Assembly: GCA_002505695.1 (NCBI GenBank)
Contig: DAVU01000014.1
Coordinates: 9,432 to 73,431, forward strand
Origin: Euryarchaeota archaeon UBA487
GTDB taxonomy: Archaea > Thermoplasmatota > Poseidoniia > Poseidoniales > Thalassarchaeaceae
Direction of reading: 5' to 3'
DNA length: 64,000 nucleotides
In this document: piece after piece, positions 48,998-57,800 of the stretch
Position numbering within the stretch: position 1 is the stretch's first letter
How the letters are laid out: the number at the start of each line of letters is the position of its first letter
Notes under the pieces: model-generated
What the model saw: the letters and a program-made list of their open reading frames with translations, nothing else
What the model was told of the DNA's origin: nothing
The model's database searches: none
Made by a program: the position numbers and the translations under genes

Positions 48998-49641
48998 TCG
49001 ATCAATCCTCTTCTGTACTCTCTCGTTCGGTCCACGCCTGGGAACCTATCTTCCGATTCTCTGTAAACAGTTTTCATATTATTCACAAAATTCGTCTCCT
49101 GAGTAATTATCTTCACTTTCTCCACACCAGGATCAGCCCCAGAGTCCATCCAAGCGAGAACAATTTCCATGGTCATTCTGGCACCTTCCCGGTGCGGGTA
49201 TGCAAAGATGTCCATACTCAGAGGAGGCAACACAATTGTTCCCCTGTTCTCTATCTCCCCGATTCTTTCGAAAAGAGAGGCATATGCAGCCTTCAACAAC
49301 TCCCTTCTGTCGTTGTCTTGGGTCGGCCGTCGACAATCAGGTCCAACTACGTGGATCAAGCTGCTGTGTGGTAATGAGAATGGTGGAGTAATTACCGCCT
49401 CGCCGACACCACACGGAGGGAGATTCTCCTTCCGCCTCTCAACGGCTATTCCATGGGTGTGTTTCCTCAGTTCTGGGCCTGCGGCCTGATGGACGACTTC
49501 ATCCACGCCCTCCCTTCCAGCGAGCCGATTGTTTGCGGGAGTGACCAGAATATCTCCTTCTTCTTTTGTGAGATCCCCGTACATGAATCGAACTTGGCCA
49601 AATTGGCATTCTCTCACAATGATAGTCTCGGCCACAACCAT
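48994..49641 (-). CDS. Macrodomain protein (ADP-ribose binding family), divergent loops
   Basis: GDLT, PANNRL..GVDEVVHQAAG, GEAVIT, IHVVGP, PPLSMDIFAYP. Confidence 0.88.
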   Translation of the reverse strand: MVVAETIIVRECQFGQVRFMYGDLTKEEGDILVTPANNRLAGREGVDEVVHQAAGPELRKHTHGIAVERRKENLPPCGVGEAVITPPFSLPHSSLIHVVGPDCRRPTQDNDRRELLKAAYASLFERIGEIENRGTIVLPPLSMDIFAYPHREGARMTMEIVLAWMDSGADPGVEKVKIITQETNFVNNMKTVYRESEDRFPGVDRTREYRRGLID

Positions 49642-49726
49642 CCGGACAAGCCCCGACGTATATCCTCATCGACTGAATGAGCCTTTTTACGAAGCCTTCA
49701 TCACTCTGAACGTCTCATCACCCATC

Positions 49727-49960
49727 ATGGCGGCGGGCTTTGTGCTGATCAATGTAGAACCGGGATCAGAAATCAGGATCCAACAAGAGGCTGAGAAATT
49801 TGATTTTGTATCAGAGGCCAACGTCCTGTTTGGGGATCATGATTTGATAGTAAAAGTCGAGGCTGGCTCTGTAGGAGATATCGCCAGGTTGGTAGTTGAG
49901 AAACTTAGGTCAATCGATGGGGTCACCACCACCAAAACACTTGCTTGTGCAGAACTGTAA
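49727..49960 (+). CDS. Lrp/AsnC ligand-binding domain-only protein
   Basis: GFVLINVEPG, VLFGDHDLIVKVE, LRSIDGVTTTKT; no HTH. ATG 49727. Confidence 0.9.
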   Translation: MAAGFVLINVEPGSEIRIQQEAEKFDFVSEANVLFGDHDLIVKVEAGSVGDIARLVVEKLRSIDGVTTTKTLACAEL

Positions 49961-49967
49961 GGGGTGA

Positions 49968-49974
49968 TTTTTTT
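49968..49974 (+). terminator. Oligo-T archaeal-type terminator candidate after Lrp gene
   Basis: T7 run 8 nt after the stop codon. Confidence 0.45.
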
Positions 49975-50032
49975 CCCAGAAGACTCCTTTTTGACCGACT
50001 CAGCGCCGCAGTCTATCGAAATCGGGGAAACG

Positions 50033-50068
50033 GATATATATAGAACAGTATTGTACAATGCCGGAGGT
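50033..50068 (+). promoter_or_regulatory. TATA box-like element and SD upstream of MC1 gene
   Basis: GATATATATAG at about 50033-50043, preceded by purine-rich GGGGAAAC; GGAGGT at 50063-50068, 8 nt before ATG. Confidence 0.6.
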
Positions 50069-50076
50069 AATGTACT

Positions 50077-50343
50077 ATGAGTGATAAAAAGTACTTTGTT
50101 TTGCTAAATAGCGATGGAACAGATTCGGACCATGTGTTCGTTTCGAAGCAACCAAGGGGTGCCGCCTTGAAGGCAGCAACTCGCGGTCACACCAGCATTG
50201 AGCTGAGAGAGAGGGGGACCAACAGGGTCCACTGTTTCACAGGATCAGTCTCAATGGTGGACAGACCAGCTTCTGGACCTGCATGGCTCCCTGCGAAGAT
50301 CAAGAAGGCCAACGTAAAGAAGTCGGGTATAAAGCGCCTCTAA
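50077..50343 (+). CDS. Non-histone chromosomal protein MC1
   Basis: FVL..DG..HVFVSKQPRGAALKAATRG, IELRERGTNRVH, PAWLPAKIKKANVKK match the Methanosarcina-type MC1 motifs (KQPRQAALKAANRG, RLRERGTKKVH, PAWMP). Confidence 0.93.
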   Translation: MSDKKYFVLLNSDGTDSDHVFVSKQPRGAALKAATRGHTSIELRERGTNRVHCFTGSVSMVDRPASGPAWLPAKIKKANVKKSGIKRL

Positions 50344-50380
50344 GCGTAAACCCACTTCTTAATGTCTGATACACGCAACA

Positions 50381-50409
50381 CCTCCGAGGGCGTTAAACGC
50401 TCTCGGAGG
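50381..50409. terminator. Inverted repeat between convergent MC1 and sdhB genes
   Basis: CCTCCGAGGGCGT-TAA-ACGCTCTCGGAGG: 13-bp stem with one G-T; T5 run directly after the sdhB stop on the minus strand. Confidence 0.55.
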
Positions 50410-50422
50410 GAACAAAAAGCGA

Positions 50423-51214
50423 CTATTTCCTGAGTCCAATCTTCTTTGCTATCATTGCAATAGGGTCATAGTATTCTGTGACCACTCTTTCTTTCAGCGG
50501 TATGATCGCGTTATCCGTGATATTGATGCCCGCGGGACATACATCGGTGCAGCACCTAGTTATGTTGCAATATCCGATCCCGAAGTCTTCCTTGATTTCT
50601 GGTATGCGACTCTCAGTGTCGAGTGGGTGCATTTCCAACCCTGCGAGCCTGACAAAGAACCTCGGACCAGCGAACTCGTCGAATTTCTCATGTTCACGAA
50701 GAACGTGACAGGTATTCACACAGAGCATGCATTCAATGCATTGTCTGAATTCTTGAATCCTGTCTGCCTCGTCCTGGTTGAATTCCCAATCAAGCTTGTC
50801 AGGACCACTTACTGGAACCATTTTCTTGTTCATCTCGTAAGCCCAACTCGTGTCTGTCACTAGATCTCTTATTAGTGGAAAACCTTGCATGGGCCTAATT
50901 GTGACTGGCTCCTCATCCGGAGTTTCTTCAACTATGTCTGACATCCTTGTCATGCACATTAACCTAGACTTACCATTTACTTCCGCCGAGCAAGATCCAC
51001 ACTTTCCCGCTTTGCAGTTCCAGCGACAGGCAAGATCAGGGGCATGTTCAGCCTGAATTTTGTGAATAACGTCAAGGACGACCATGCCCTCATCGTACTC
51101 GACAGTGTAGTCCTCCATGCTCCCTACGGAGGATTCTGTTCTGGGATGTGTAGCGTACGGCCTTTCACCGGTATGGCTTCTGAATACTCGAAAAGTGACT
51201 TCCTTGTCCATCAA
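50423..51214 (-). CDS. sdhB: Succinate dehydrogenase/fumarate reductase Fe-S subunit
   Basis: CKAGKCGSC..C (2Fe-2S), CIECMLCVNTC, CNITRCCTDVCP; ATGA overlap with sdhA. Confidence 0.95.
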   Translation of the reverse strand: MMDKEVTFRVFRSHTGERPYATHPRTESSVGSMEDYTVEYDEGMVVLDVIHKIQAEHAPDLACRWNCKAGKCGSCSAEVNGKSRLMCMTRMSDIVEETPDEEPVTIRPMQGFPLIRDLVTDTSWAYEMNKKMVPVSGPDKLDWEFNQDEADRIQEFRQCIECMLCVNTCHVLREHEKFDEFAGPRFFVRLAGLEMHPLDTESRIPEIKEDFGIGYCNITRCCTDVCPAGINITDNAIIPLKERVVTEYYDPIAMIAKKIGLRK

Positions 51215-53040
51215 TGTCCACCTTCTAGATCATCTGCATCCAAGAGGGCGATCAAATCCTCTGGGATGGGAGGGTAGCTTCTGTGTTCTATCTGCATTTC
51301 TCCTTGTTCGTTCATGGAAATGACGCTGTTCAGGCTTCCCCATTTATCATGATCTGGCACGGGGTAGTCTTCTCTTGTGTGTCCTCCTCGGCTTTCCTCG
51401 CGCTCCAATGCGGCGAGAGCGCACATCTTACTGACATCTATCATCGCCTCCAATTCAAGTGCTTGATGCCATCCAGGGTTGTAGATTACGCCCCCTCCGG
51501 GTGAGGAGTTCTTCGATCTTGCTCTCAGGGCCTCTAGATCATTCAGAGCCTCCTCCAAGGACTCTTGGTTTCTGATTATGCCCACCTTCTCCTGCATCAT
51601 ATCCCTCAAATCGTTGACGATGAGGGCAGGATTCTCCCCTCCTTTGCGAGACAGTGGGGCCATCATCTTCGCAATCGCGGAATCGACATCATCAGCGGCA
51701 ATCTCCGTCCACGAATCGATTGTCGTGGCGGACTTAGCCGCATGGAGGCCTGCACGCCTCCCAAAGGTTACGAGATCGGAGAGTGAATTCCCGCCTAATC
51801 TGTTGGCACCATGGAGTCCAGTCGCTGCTTCGCCTGCAGCAAAAAGTCCCTTCACAGTCGATTCTTGGGTTTCAGGGTCAACCTTTACCCCACCCATGAC
51901 GTAGTGAGCCGTGGGACCTACCTCCATTGGCTGTTTGGTTATGTCAACCCCTGCGAGTTCTTTGAATTGGTGGTACATGCCGGGGAGCTTCCTCTTTATT
52001 TGGTCCGGGGGTCTCCATGAAATATCTAGATAGGCGCCACCATGTTCACTCGCTCTACCTGCAGCCTTTTCGCTGTTAATGGCCTTGGCAACTACGTCCC
52101 TTGTTAGCAGTTCAGGGGGTCTTCTCTTGGTTGCTTGTTGATCAGATATGACCTCTTGAACCCATGCTAGCGCCTCTTCCTCCGTGTCTGCAAACTCCTC
52201 TTCATACATCTCTGGGACGTAATTAAACATGAATCTCTTGCCTTCTGAGTTCTGGAGCATACCCCCCTCTCCCCTGACACCCTCAGTGACTAAGATCCCC
52301 CTTACACTAGGAGGCCAAATCATCCCGGTGGGGTGGAATTGCACGAACTCCATGTCACCCATCTCCGCCCCAGCCCAGTAGGCAAGTGCATGCCCGTCGC
52401 CCGTATATTCCCATGATCCAGAGCAGACAGACCAACACCGTGTGATGCCTCCCGTGGCCAGAACGATCGATTTTGATTTGAACAAATGAGCCCTTCCTCT
52501 CTGTCTGTCATACGCCAAGCATCCAATTACCCTGTCACCGTCTTTGAATAGTTCACACACTGTAAATTCCATGAAAACATCCATTCCCATGTGGACACCT
52601 TTCTCCTGCAAGGTGCGGATGATCTCCAGCCCCGTAGCGTCTCCGATGTGGGCCAGCCTCGGGTACGTGTGTCCACCGAAATTCCTCTGATTTATCCTGC
52701 CCTTCTTGGTCCGGTCAAACACAGCACCCCACGTTTCTAGCTCTCTTATTCGATCTGGAGCTTCCTTGGCATGGATCTGGGCCATTCGCCAATCATTGAG
52801 GTACTTCCCACCCTTCATGGTATCTCTGAAGTGGGTTTTCCACGAGTCCCGAGCGTCCTTGTTGCCGAGGGCCGCTGCTGCCCCACCCTCGGCCATCACG
52901 GTGTGGGCCTTACCAAGCATCGACTTACAGACCAATGCAACGCTTACGCCCATGGAACTGGCCTCTATTGCTGCTCTGAGGCCAGCTCCCCCAGCCCCAA
53001 TCACGACGACATCGTGCTCATGAGTATCGTATTCCTGCAT
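51211..53040 (-). CDS. sdhA: Succinate dehydrogenase/fumarate reductase flavoprotein
   Basis: GAGGAG, KAHTVMAEGG (flavinylated His), QFHPTG, EGVRGEGG, HYVMGG, HGANRLGGNSL, REESRGGH. Confidence 0.96.
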   Translation of the reverse strand: MQEYDTHEHDVVVIGAGGAGLRAAIEASSMGVSVALVCKSMLGKAHTVMAEGGAAAALGNKDARDSWKTHFRDTMKGGKYLNDWRMAQIHAKEAPDRIRELETWGAVFDRTKKGRINQRNFGGHTYPRLAHIGDATGLEIIRTLQEKGVHMGMDVFMEFTVCELFKDGDRVIGCLAYDRQRGRAHLFKSKSIVLATGGITRCWSVCSGSWEYTGDGHALAYWAGAEMGDMEFVQFHPTGMIWPPSVRGILVTEGVRGEGGMLQNSEGKRFMFNYVPEMYEEEFADTEEEALAWVQEVISDQQATKRRPPELLTRDVVAKAINSEKAAGRASEHGGAYLDISWRPPDQIKRKLPGMYHQFKELAGVDITKQPMEVGPTAHYVMGGVKVDPETQESTVKGLFAAGEAATGLHGANRLGGNSLSDLVTFGRRAGLHAAKSATTIDSWTEIAADDVDSAIAKMMAPLSRKGGENPALIVNDLRDMMQEKVGIIRNQESLEEALNDLEALRARSKNSSPGGGVIYNPGWHQALELEAMIDVSKMCALAALEREESRGGHTREDYPVPDHDKWGSLNSVISMNEQGEMQIEHRSYPPIPEDLIALLDADDLEGGH

Positions 53041-53044
53041 CTTG

Positions 53045-53860
53045 TCACCCCAGTATGAATCTCGGGTCGCTGATTAGGCCCTCAGCGACTGCCATGACAA
53101 ATAGGTCGCCTAGGAAAACCATGGCCAGAGATGTCCAAAACCATAGATTGTGATGAACATTATGACGACTAGAGAATCTGAAAATCCTTCCAGCGATTGA
53201 TGAAGCCCCGCCCCTCCATTGTTTCAGGGAGCCCCCCACGAGATGTCTGAATGCATGACAAGAGATGACATACATCGTCAGCAGGAAAGATTCGATTGCA
53301 AGGACAAAGGTCCCAACAGAAAGCCCCCAAGATCCACTGAATTGCATTGTGTGGACAACGTCATAGTACTTCATCGACAGAATGATGATGGCAAGATATA
53401 GCATGTAGCGATGGAGGTTATTGAAAATGAAAATGCCCCTCTCGCCGGAGTAGCCGAGAGTATGGTTAATGTCGGGTTTGGAGACCATGCACGCTGAGGG
53501 GTTCTGGAAGAAGGATCGGTGGTACACCTTCCGCATGTAGTAGCAGGTACCTCTGAAACCGAAGGGAATCCATAGGATTAACATGGCTGAGTTCATCCAT
53601 CCTGGATGGTTGGTCACATGGAAAATGTGGAGCACGTCTGGTGAGAAGATCGGGGAGGTCACCCGATGGTCCTCGTAGTGTATGCTACCATCCAAGACTG
53701 CTACACGGATGAGGGTGTATAGCAGGGCAAAACCGAGGGCGGCTGCCATGATCAACGGTTGATTCCACCAATTGTCGATCCTCTGAGTTTTTCCGAAACC
53801 CTTCACCAATGGTAGACGCTGGTAGCCCCTCATAGCCTCCACCCCGGATCCCTCAGTCAT
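53045..53860 (-). CDS. Succinate dehydrogenase membrane anchor, actinobacterial Sdh1-like single subunit
   Basis: SPIFSP, WIPFGFRGTCYYMRKVYHRSFF..P..C, NNLHRY, SCHAFRHLVGG, HNLWFWTSL; first gene of the anchor-sdhA-sdhB operon. Confidence 0.8.
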   Translation of the reverse strand: MTEGSGVEAMRGYQRLPLVKGFGKTQRIDNWWNQPLIMAAALGFALLYTLIRVAVLDGSIHYEDHRVTSPIFSPDVLHIFHVTNHPGWMNSAMLILWIPFGFRGTCYYMRKVYHRSFFQNPSACMVSKPDINHTLGYSGERGIFIFNNLHRYMLYLAIIILSMKYYDVVHTMQFSGSWGLSVGTFVLAIESFLLTMYVISCHAFRHLVGGSLKQWRGGASSIAGRIFRFSSRHNVHHNLWFWTSLAMVFLGDLFVMAVAEGLISDPRFILG

Positions 53861-53939
53861 GGGCACTGCATAAGGCTGACCTTTTTCCGATACATCTGAT
53901 CGAGGAAAATTTAATGCATTGTCATAAGAGAAAACTCAC

Positions 53940-54047
53940 ATGACCGATGAGGTCACATCATCGATATGCTTGAAGTGCGGATTCATGCCTGGGGCGTTTC
54001 TTCCCGGACTGCCATGCCCCGAATGTGGTGAGCTGCTATTTCCGTGA
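53940..54047 (+). CDS. 35-aa CPxCG-type zinc-finger micro-protein (not in ORF track)
   Basis: Hand translation: MTDEVTSSICLKCGFMPGAFLPGLPCPECGELLFP*. AT-rich TTTAAT about 30 nt upstream; stop lies 1 nt from the convergent gene's stop. Confidence 0.7.
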   Translation: MTDEVTSSICLKCGFMPGAFLPGLPCPECGELLFP

Positions 54048-54048
54048 G

Positions 54049-54606
54049 TCACCATGGGTATTTCCAAACCCAGAGTACACCATCATTCACAATTACCTGA
54101 ATGCCGAGCATCAATCCGCCGATGAAGGGAAGGATGCCTGTCCCATCAACTCCACTTTGCCATGCAACCCAACCCATCATAATCAGTAGGACATTTCCAC
54201 AAACTACCAACCACAGGTTTCCGATGACGAGCCATTGAGTCACGGCTGTGTCAGTTTCAATGTGGATCCTAGTTAATTCGAGCCAAAGCATCGACGGAAT
54301 TAGAATGAGCAGCATCGCAATGAGTAGCCTTGCATGCCCCCCTGTGTCAACTTCTCCACTCCATGGCCAACCGATTCCTTCCACGACGGAATATTCCCAG
54401 GAAAATAGAAGCTGCCACCATGCAATCAAGAATCCTGCGGCAGCTACGAACATGCAGGCCACGTTCAACGGCCTCCAAGATTCTGGTATACCCCCCCAGA
54501 GAGACATCGGGTCTTCCATCCTTCGCAATCCAATCACGTATGATGCCAGAACCATCGGTCCAAGTATGAATACAACCGTGCGGACTAATTCTCTAGAGAC
54601 TTCCAT
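54049..54606 (-). CDS. Hypothetical 4-5 TM membrane protein
   Basis: Alternating TM segments; LWGGIP and conserved-looking NDG..W C-terminus. Confidence 0.75.
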   Translation of the reverse strand: MEVSRELVRTVVFILGPMVLASYVIGLRRMEDPMSLWGGIPESWRPLNVACMFVAAAGFLIAWWQLLFSWEYSVVEGIGWPWSGEVDTGGHARLLIAMLLILIPSMLWLELTRIHIETDTAVTQWLVIGNLWLVVCGNVLLIMMGWVAWQSGVDGTGILPFIGGLMLGIQVIVNDGVLWVWKYPW

Positions 54607-54737
54607 GGTCTTTTCCAGTTAGGTCAGGTGCTTGAATGTGAGTATCAAAGCGCATCGTTGGACGTCCAATCTCTCGCATAAACACCATATCGGTGCCCCT
54701 GCAGGACCCTATCACCCCCGCATGGCGGGGAGATGAG

Positions 54738-54812
54738 GCGCATGTGATCTAGCGGTTATGATACGAGGTTCCCAACCTCGTTACCCGGGTTCAAGTCCCG
54801 GCGTGCGCACCA
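54738..54812 (+). tRNA. tRNA-Gly (anticodon CCC), intronless, encoded CCA
   Basis: Acceptor GCGCATG/CGTGCGC, anticodon arm CGAGG-TTCCCAA-CCTCG (CCC at 54771-54773), T arm CCGGG-TTCAAGT-CCCGG, discriminator A plus CCA. Confidence 0.97.
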
Positions 54813-54821
54813 TCTTGACGC

Positions 54822-57800
54822 CTAACTCTCCTGCTTTGAACGGATTCCGATTGCTGCAGTGAGTAATGCGACTATGGCTGCATAGAATCCAAAACCAGGT
54901 AGGAGCCCACCATCGTCGGGCTTATCCACACATTCCGTTTGAGACGTCAGTGGTTGATGTTGACCTGAAGGACATGGGGTCTGGTCCACTGAGCCCGGTT
55001 CGGACGAGAAGAAGTCTGTAGATGTGAAGGTGCAGGAGCTCTGCCCTTCCCTCGATTGATATGTGCCGGCAGGGCAAGGCATCTGCTCCGTCGCAGTGGT
55101 AGTATCCACGAAGTATCCCGGGTCCGCAAGTAAACACTCTGATGAGCCGAGGTTCGGTTGGTAGGTTCCCTTTTGGCAGGCCGTCTGGCTCAACTGCGAG
55201 CTGGAGTCGACGAAGTAGCCCTCATCCGCCTGAAGGCATGATGTTGAGGCCGATATTGGCTGGTAAGTCCCCACTACGCATGCTAGGAACTCTGTGGAAG
55301 CACTGTCCGGGACAAAATGGCCAGCTGGGGAATCACGGCAACTTGTGGACTTCGCCATCGGTTGATAGGTACCGGGCTCGCAGGGTATTTGGTTCGAAGA
55401 CCCTGAAGAACTCGTGTAGTGGCCTGCTTCGACATCATTGCAACTAGTCTGGCCAGTCAAGGGCTGGTAGGTCGTCACGGGACATGGAATCTGGTTCTGG
55501 GCACCCTCCCCTATGGCGTAGTGACCGGTATCGACAACCAAGCACTCCGATGAACCGGCATTTGGCTGGAACGTACCCGTAGTGCAGGTGGCATACTCGA
55601 TAGCTGCCTCGTTCGACACGTAGGTGCCGGGTATCGCAGTGAGACACATGTCAGCACCACTGTTGGGTTGGTAAGAGCCGGGTTCGCAGGCAATGGCATC
55701 AACGGATCCGGCACCAGACGTGTAGTAGCCCGGTAGAGTCACCTCGCATTCTGTCGATCCCTCGAGGGGTTGGTACTTCCCGGACAAGCAGGGTTGGAAG
55801 GACGTAGATCCCGCTGATGAGACGTAGAATCCTGCAGGGGCAAGAATGCAGCTTGTGCTTGCCGAGTCTGGCTGGTAGGAACCTGGTTCGCAGGTTTCTG
55901 GATGCGTTGATGCATTGACCGAGGTGTATTGCCCGGGCGAGGTCGACGAGCATGAGACGGATCCTTCGTTGGAACTATATCGTCCCGGTGGACAGGGGGT
56001 TTGCCCCGTGGCTGAGGCGGTATCGACGTAGTATCCGGGGCTTGCCCTCAAGCAAGCGGTCGCCCCGGATGTCGAGGAGTATCTGCCGATGGTACACGCA
56101 GATTGGAAGGTTTTCCCGGGGGTCTCCACCATGTGGCCGGGATCAGCGAGGAGGCAGGCCTGAGAACCAGCGTTGGGCTGGTACGATCCAGCTGGGCATA
56201 TGGTCTGCGACAATGCACCCTCGCTTGGGACATGGTAGCCCGGTATCGAGTCTATGCAGGACGCTTGCCCCCCGTTGGGTTGGTAGGTACCGCTCTCACA
56301 CATGACCAGGTTCCACGGCATGCCCTCCTCGGCATAGTGCCCGGGCGGGGACTCTTGGCACGAATTGGGGGCGTCTTGATACCACCCAGATGGGCAGCCC
56401 TCGGCCCATAGGTCGAATGGGGCATTGATCCCGTCATTGTCCGAATCTAGGTCATCCAACGCTATCTTCGCTGTACCGGGGATCTGCATGAGTTCGGGTA
56501 CGCGGGTCCCCCAGAATACCTGGTGCTGGGTCTGGTTGATGTTGTTCCAAGCATAGGCCCCCCAGCAGTGGATGTCGTTCGAGGAGTCCAAGCCACATGC
56601 GTTCGCGGCACCCATGACCACTGCCGTGTAATTTCCACCTGTGTGAACCTGATGGGGCGTAGAACGGTCCTGACAATTTATGTTGCCACCACCCCCAGCT
56701 CCGTTTTGGTAGTTGCATATCACGTCGTTCGACCCATTGTAGTCCCCTGTGTTGCCAGCCCAGTTGTCACCCCAGCAATGGGCCCCGGTTTGGTCATACA
56801 GTGCGCATGCTTGGGCCGTCGTGGCGGACATGCTCGTCATGCTTTCCCCCGGGGGGCCTTGAATCATGGTCGGCACCACGGCGTAGGGCTCGTTGCTGTT
56901 GTTGCCGATACCTTGCTGACTCTCCGTGTTTGCACCCCAGCAGATCCCGGCACCAGTGTTGGTCATCGCACAGGAGAACACCCAACCGTTGACCGCCTGA
57001 ACGAAGGATAAGTTCGCTACATCTTGGATTGTGACTTCTGGGTTTGACATTGCCAGCTTACGCGGTGTATCTGCTAGCCACCAGTAGCCGCATCCTGGTG
57101 CTTCGGTTATGGGGTCAGCAGGAACGGTGTCTCCGCCGGTGACCCTGCAATTCATGTCGGATCCCCAACAATACAACCCGCCATCAGTGCCTGTGGCACA
57201 CGTGTGCTCGCCTCCCACGCTTACAGAAGTCACAGCAACTCCAGACGGCATACTGATCAATTCAGGAGTTAGTATTCCAAATTGGCCATTGAAGCATGGA
57301 TTGGTGTAAGATACAACAGATCCAGCCCAATCAAAGCAGATCTGTCCATTGCCAACTTGCCCCCTGTTGTTGTAGCCCCAACAATACAGATCGCCATCGG
57401 TGCTAATTATGCAGGTGTGGGAACTGGGCCCCTGCGAGAGTGACTTTGCGACGACGCCCTGTGGCAACAGGACCTGAGTTGGGACGAGCACGTTCCCCCC
57501 GATTTGCCCGTTGCCGATCTGGCCATTTTGGTTACTTCCCCAGCAATAGACGACACCCTGCGAGGTAAGTCCGCATGCGTGGTCAAGGTGTGCCGAGACC
57601 TCCACAATCCCCATCCCATTCAATGCGTCCACATAGGTCATGTTGTGGTAGACTTGGGAGCCCGAGATTCCAATTCCGGTTTGACCAAAATCTGTCCTTC
57701 CCCAGCACACCACGCTGGAGTTCTCAGTGACAGCGCAGGCGAACTGCCTCCCAATCGAAAGTGTGTCATGGGTGTCGATGTGGCCCAGCACTTGGCCAGG

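Noticed and set aside
54716-54730. GC hairpin CCCCGC-ATG-GCGGGG just upstream of tRNA-Gly
   Set aside because: Only a 6-bp stem with a 3-nt loop; no supporting evidence for function.
54930-56300. CRISPR array or non-coding tandem repeat
   Set aside because: The 102-nt periodicity is conserved at protein level with degenerate DNA, with no repeat-spacer structure and no cas genes.
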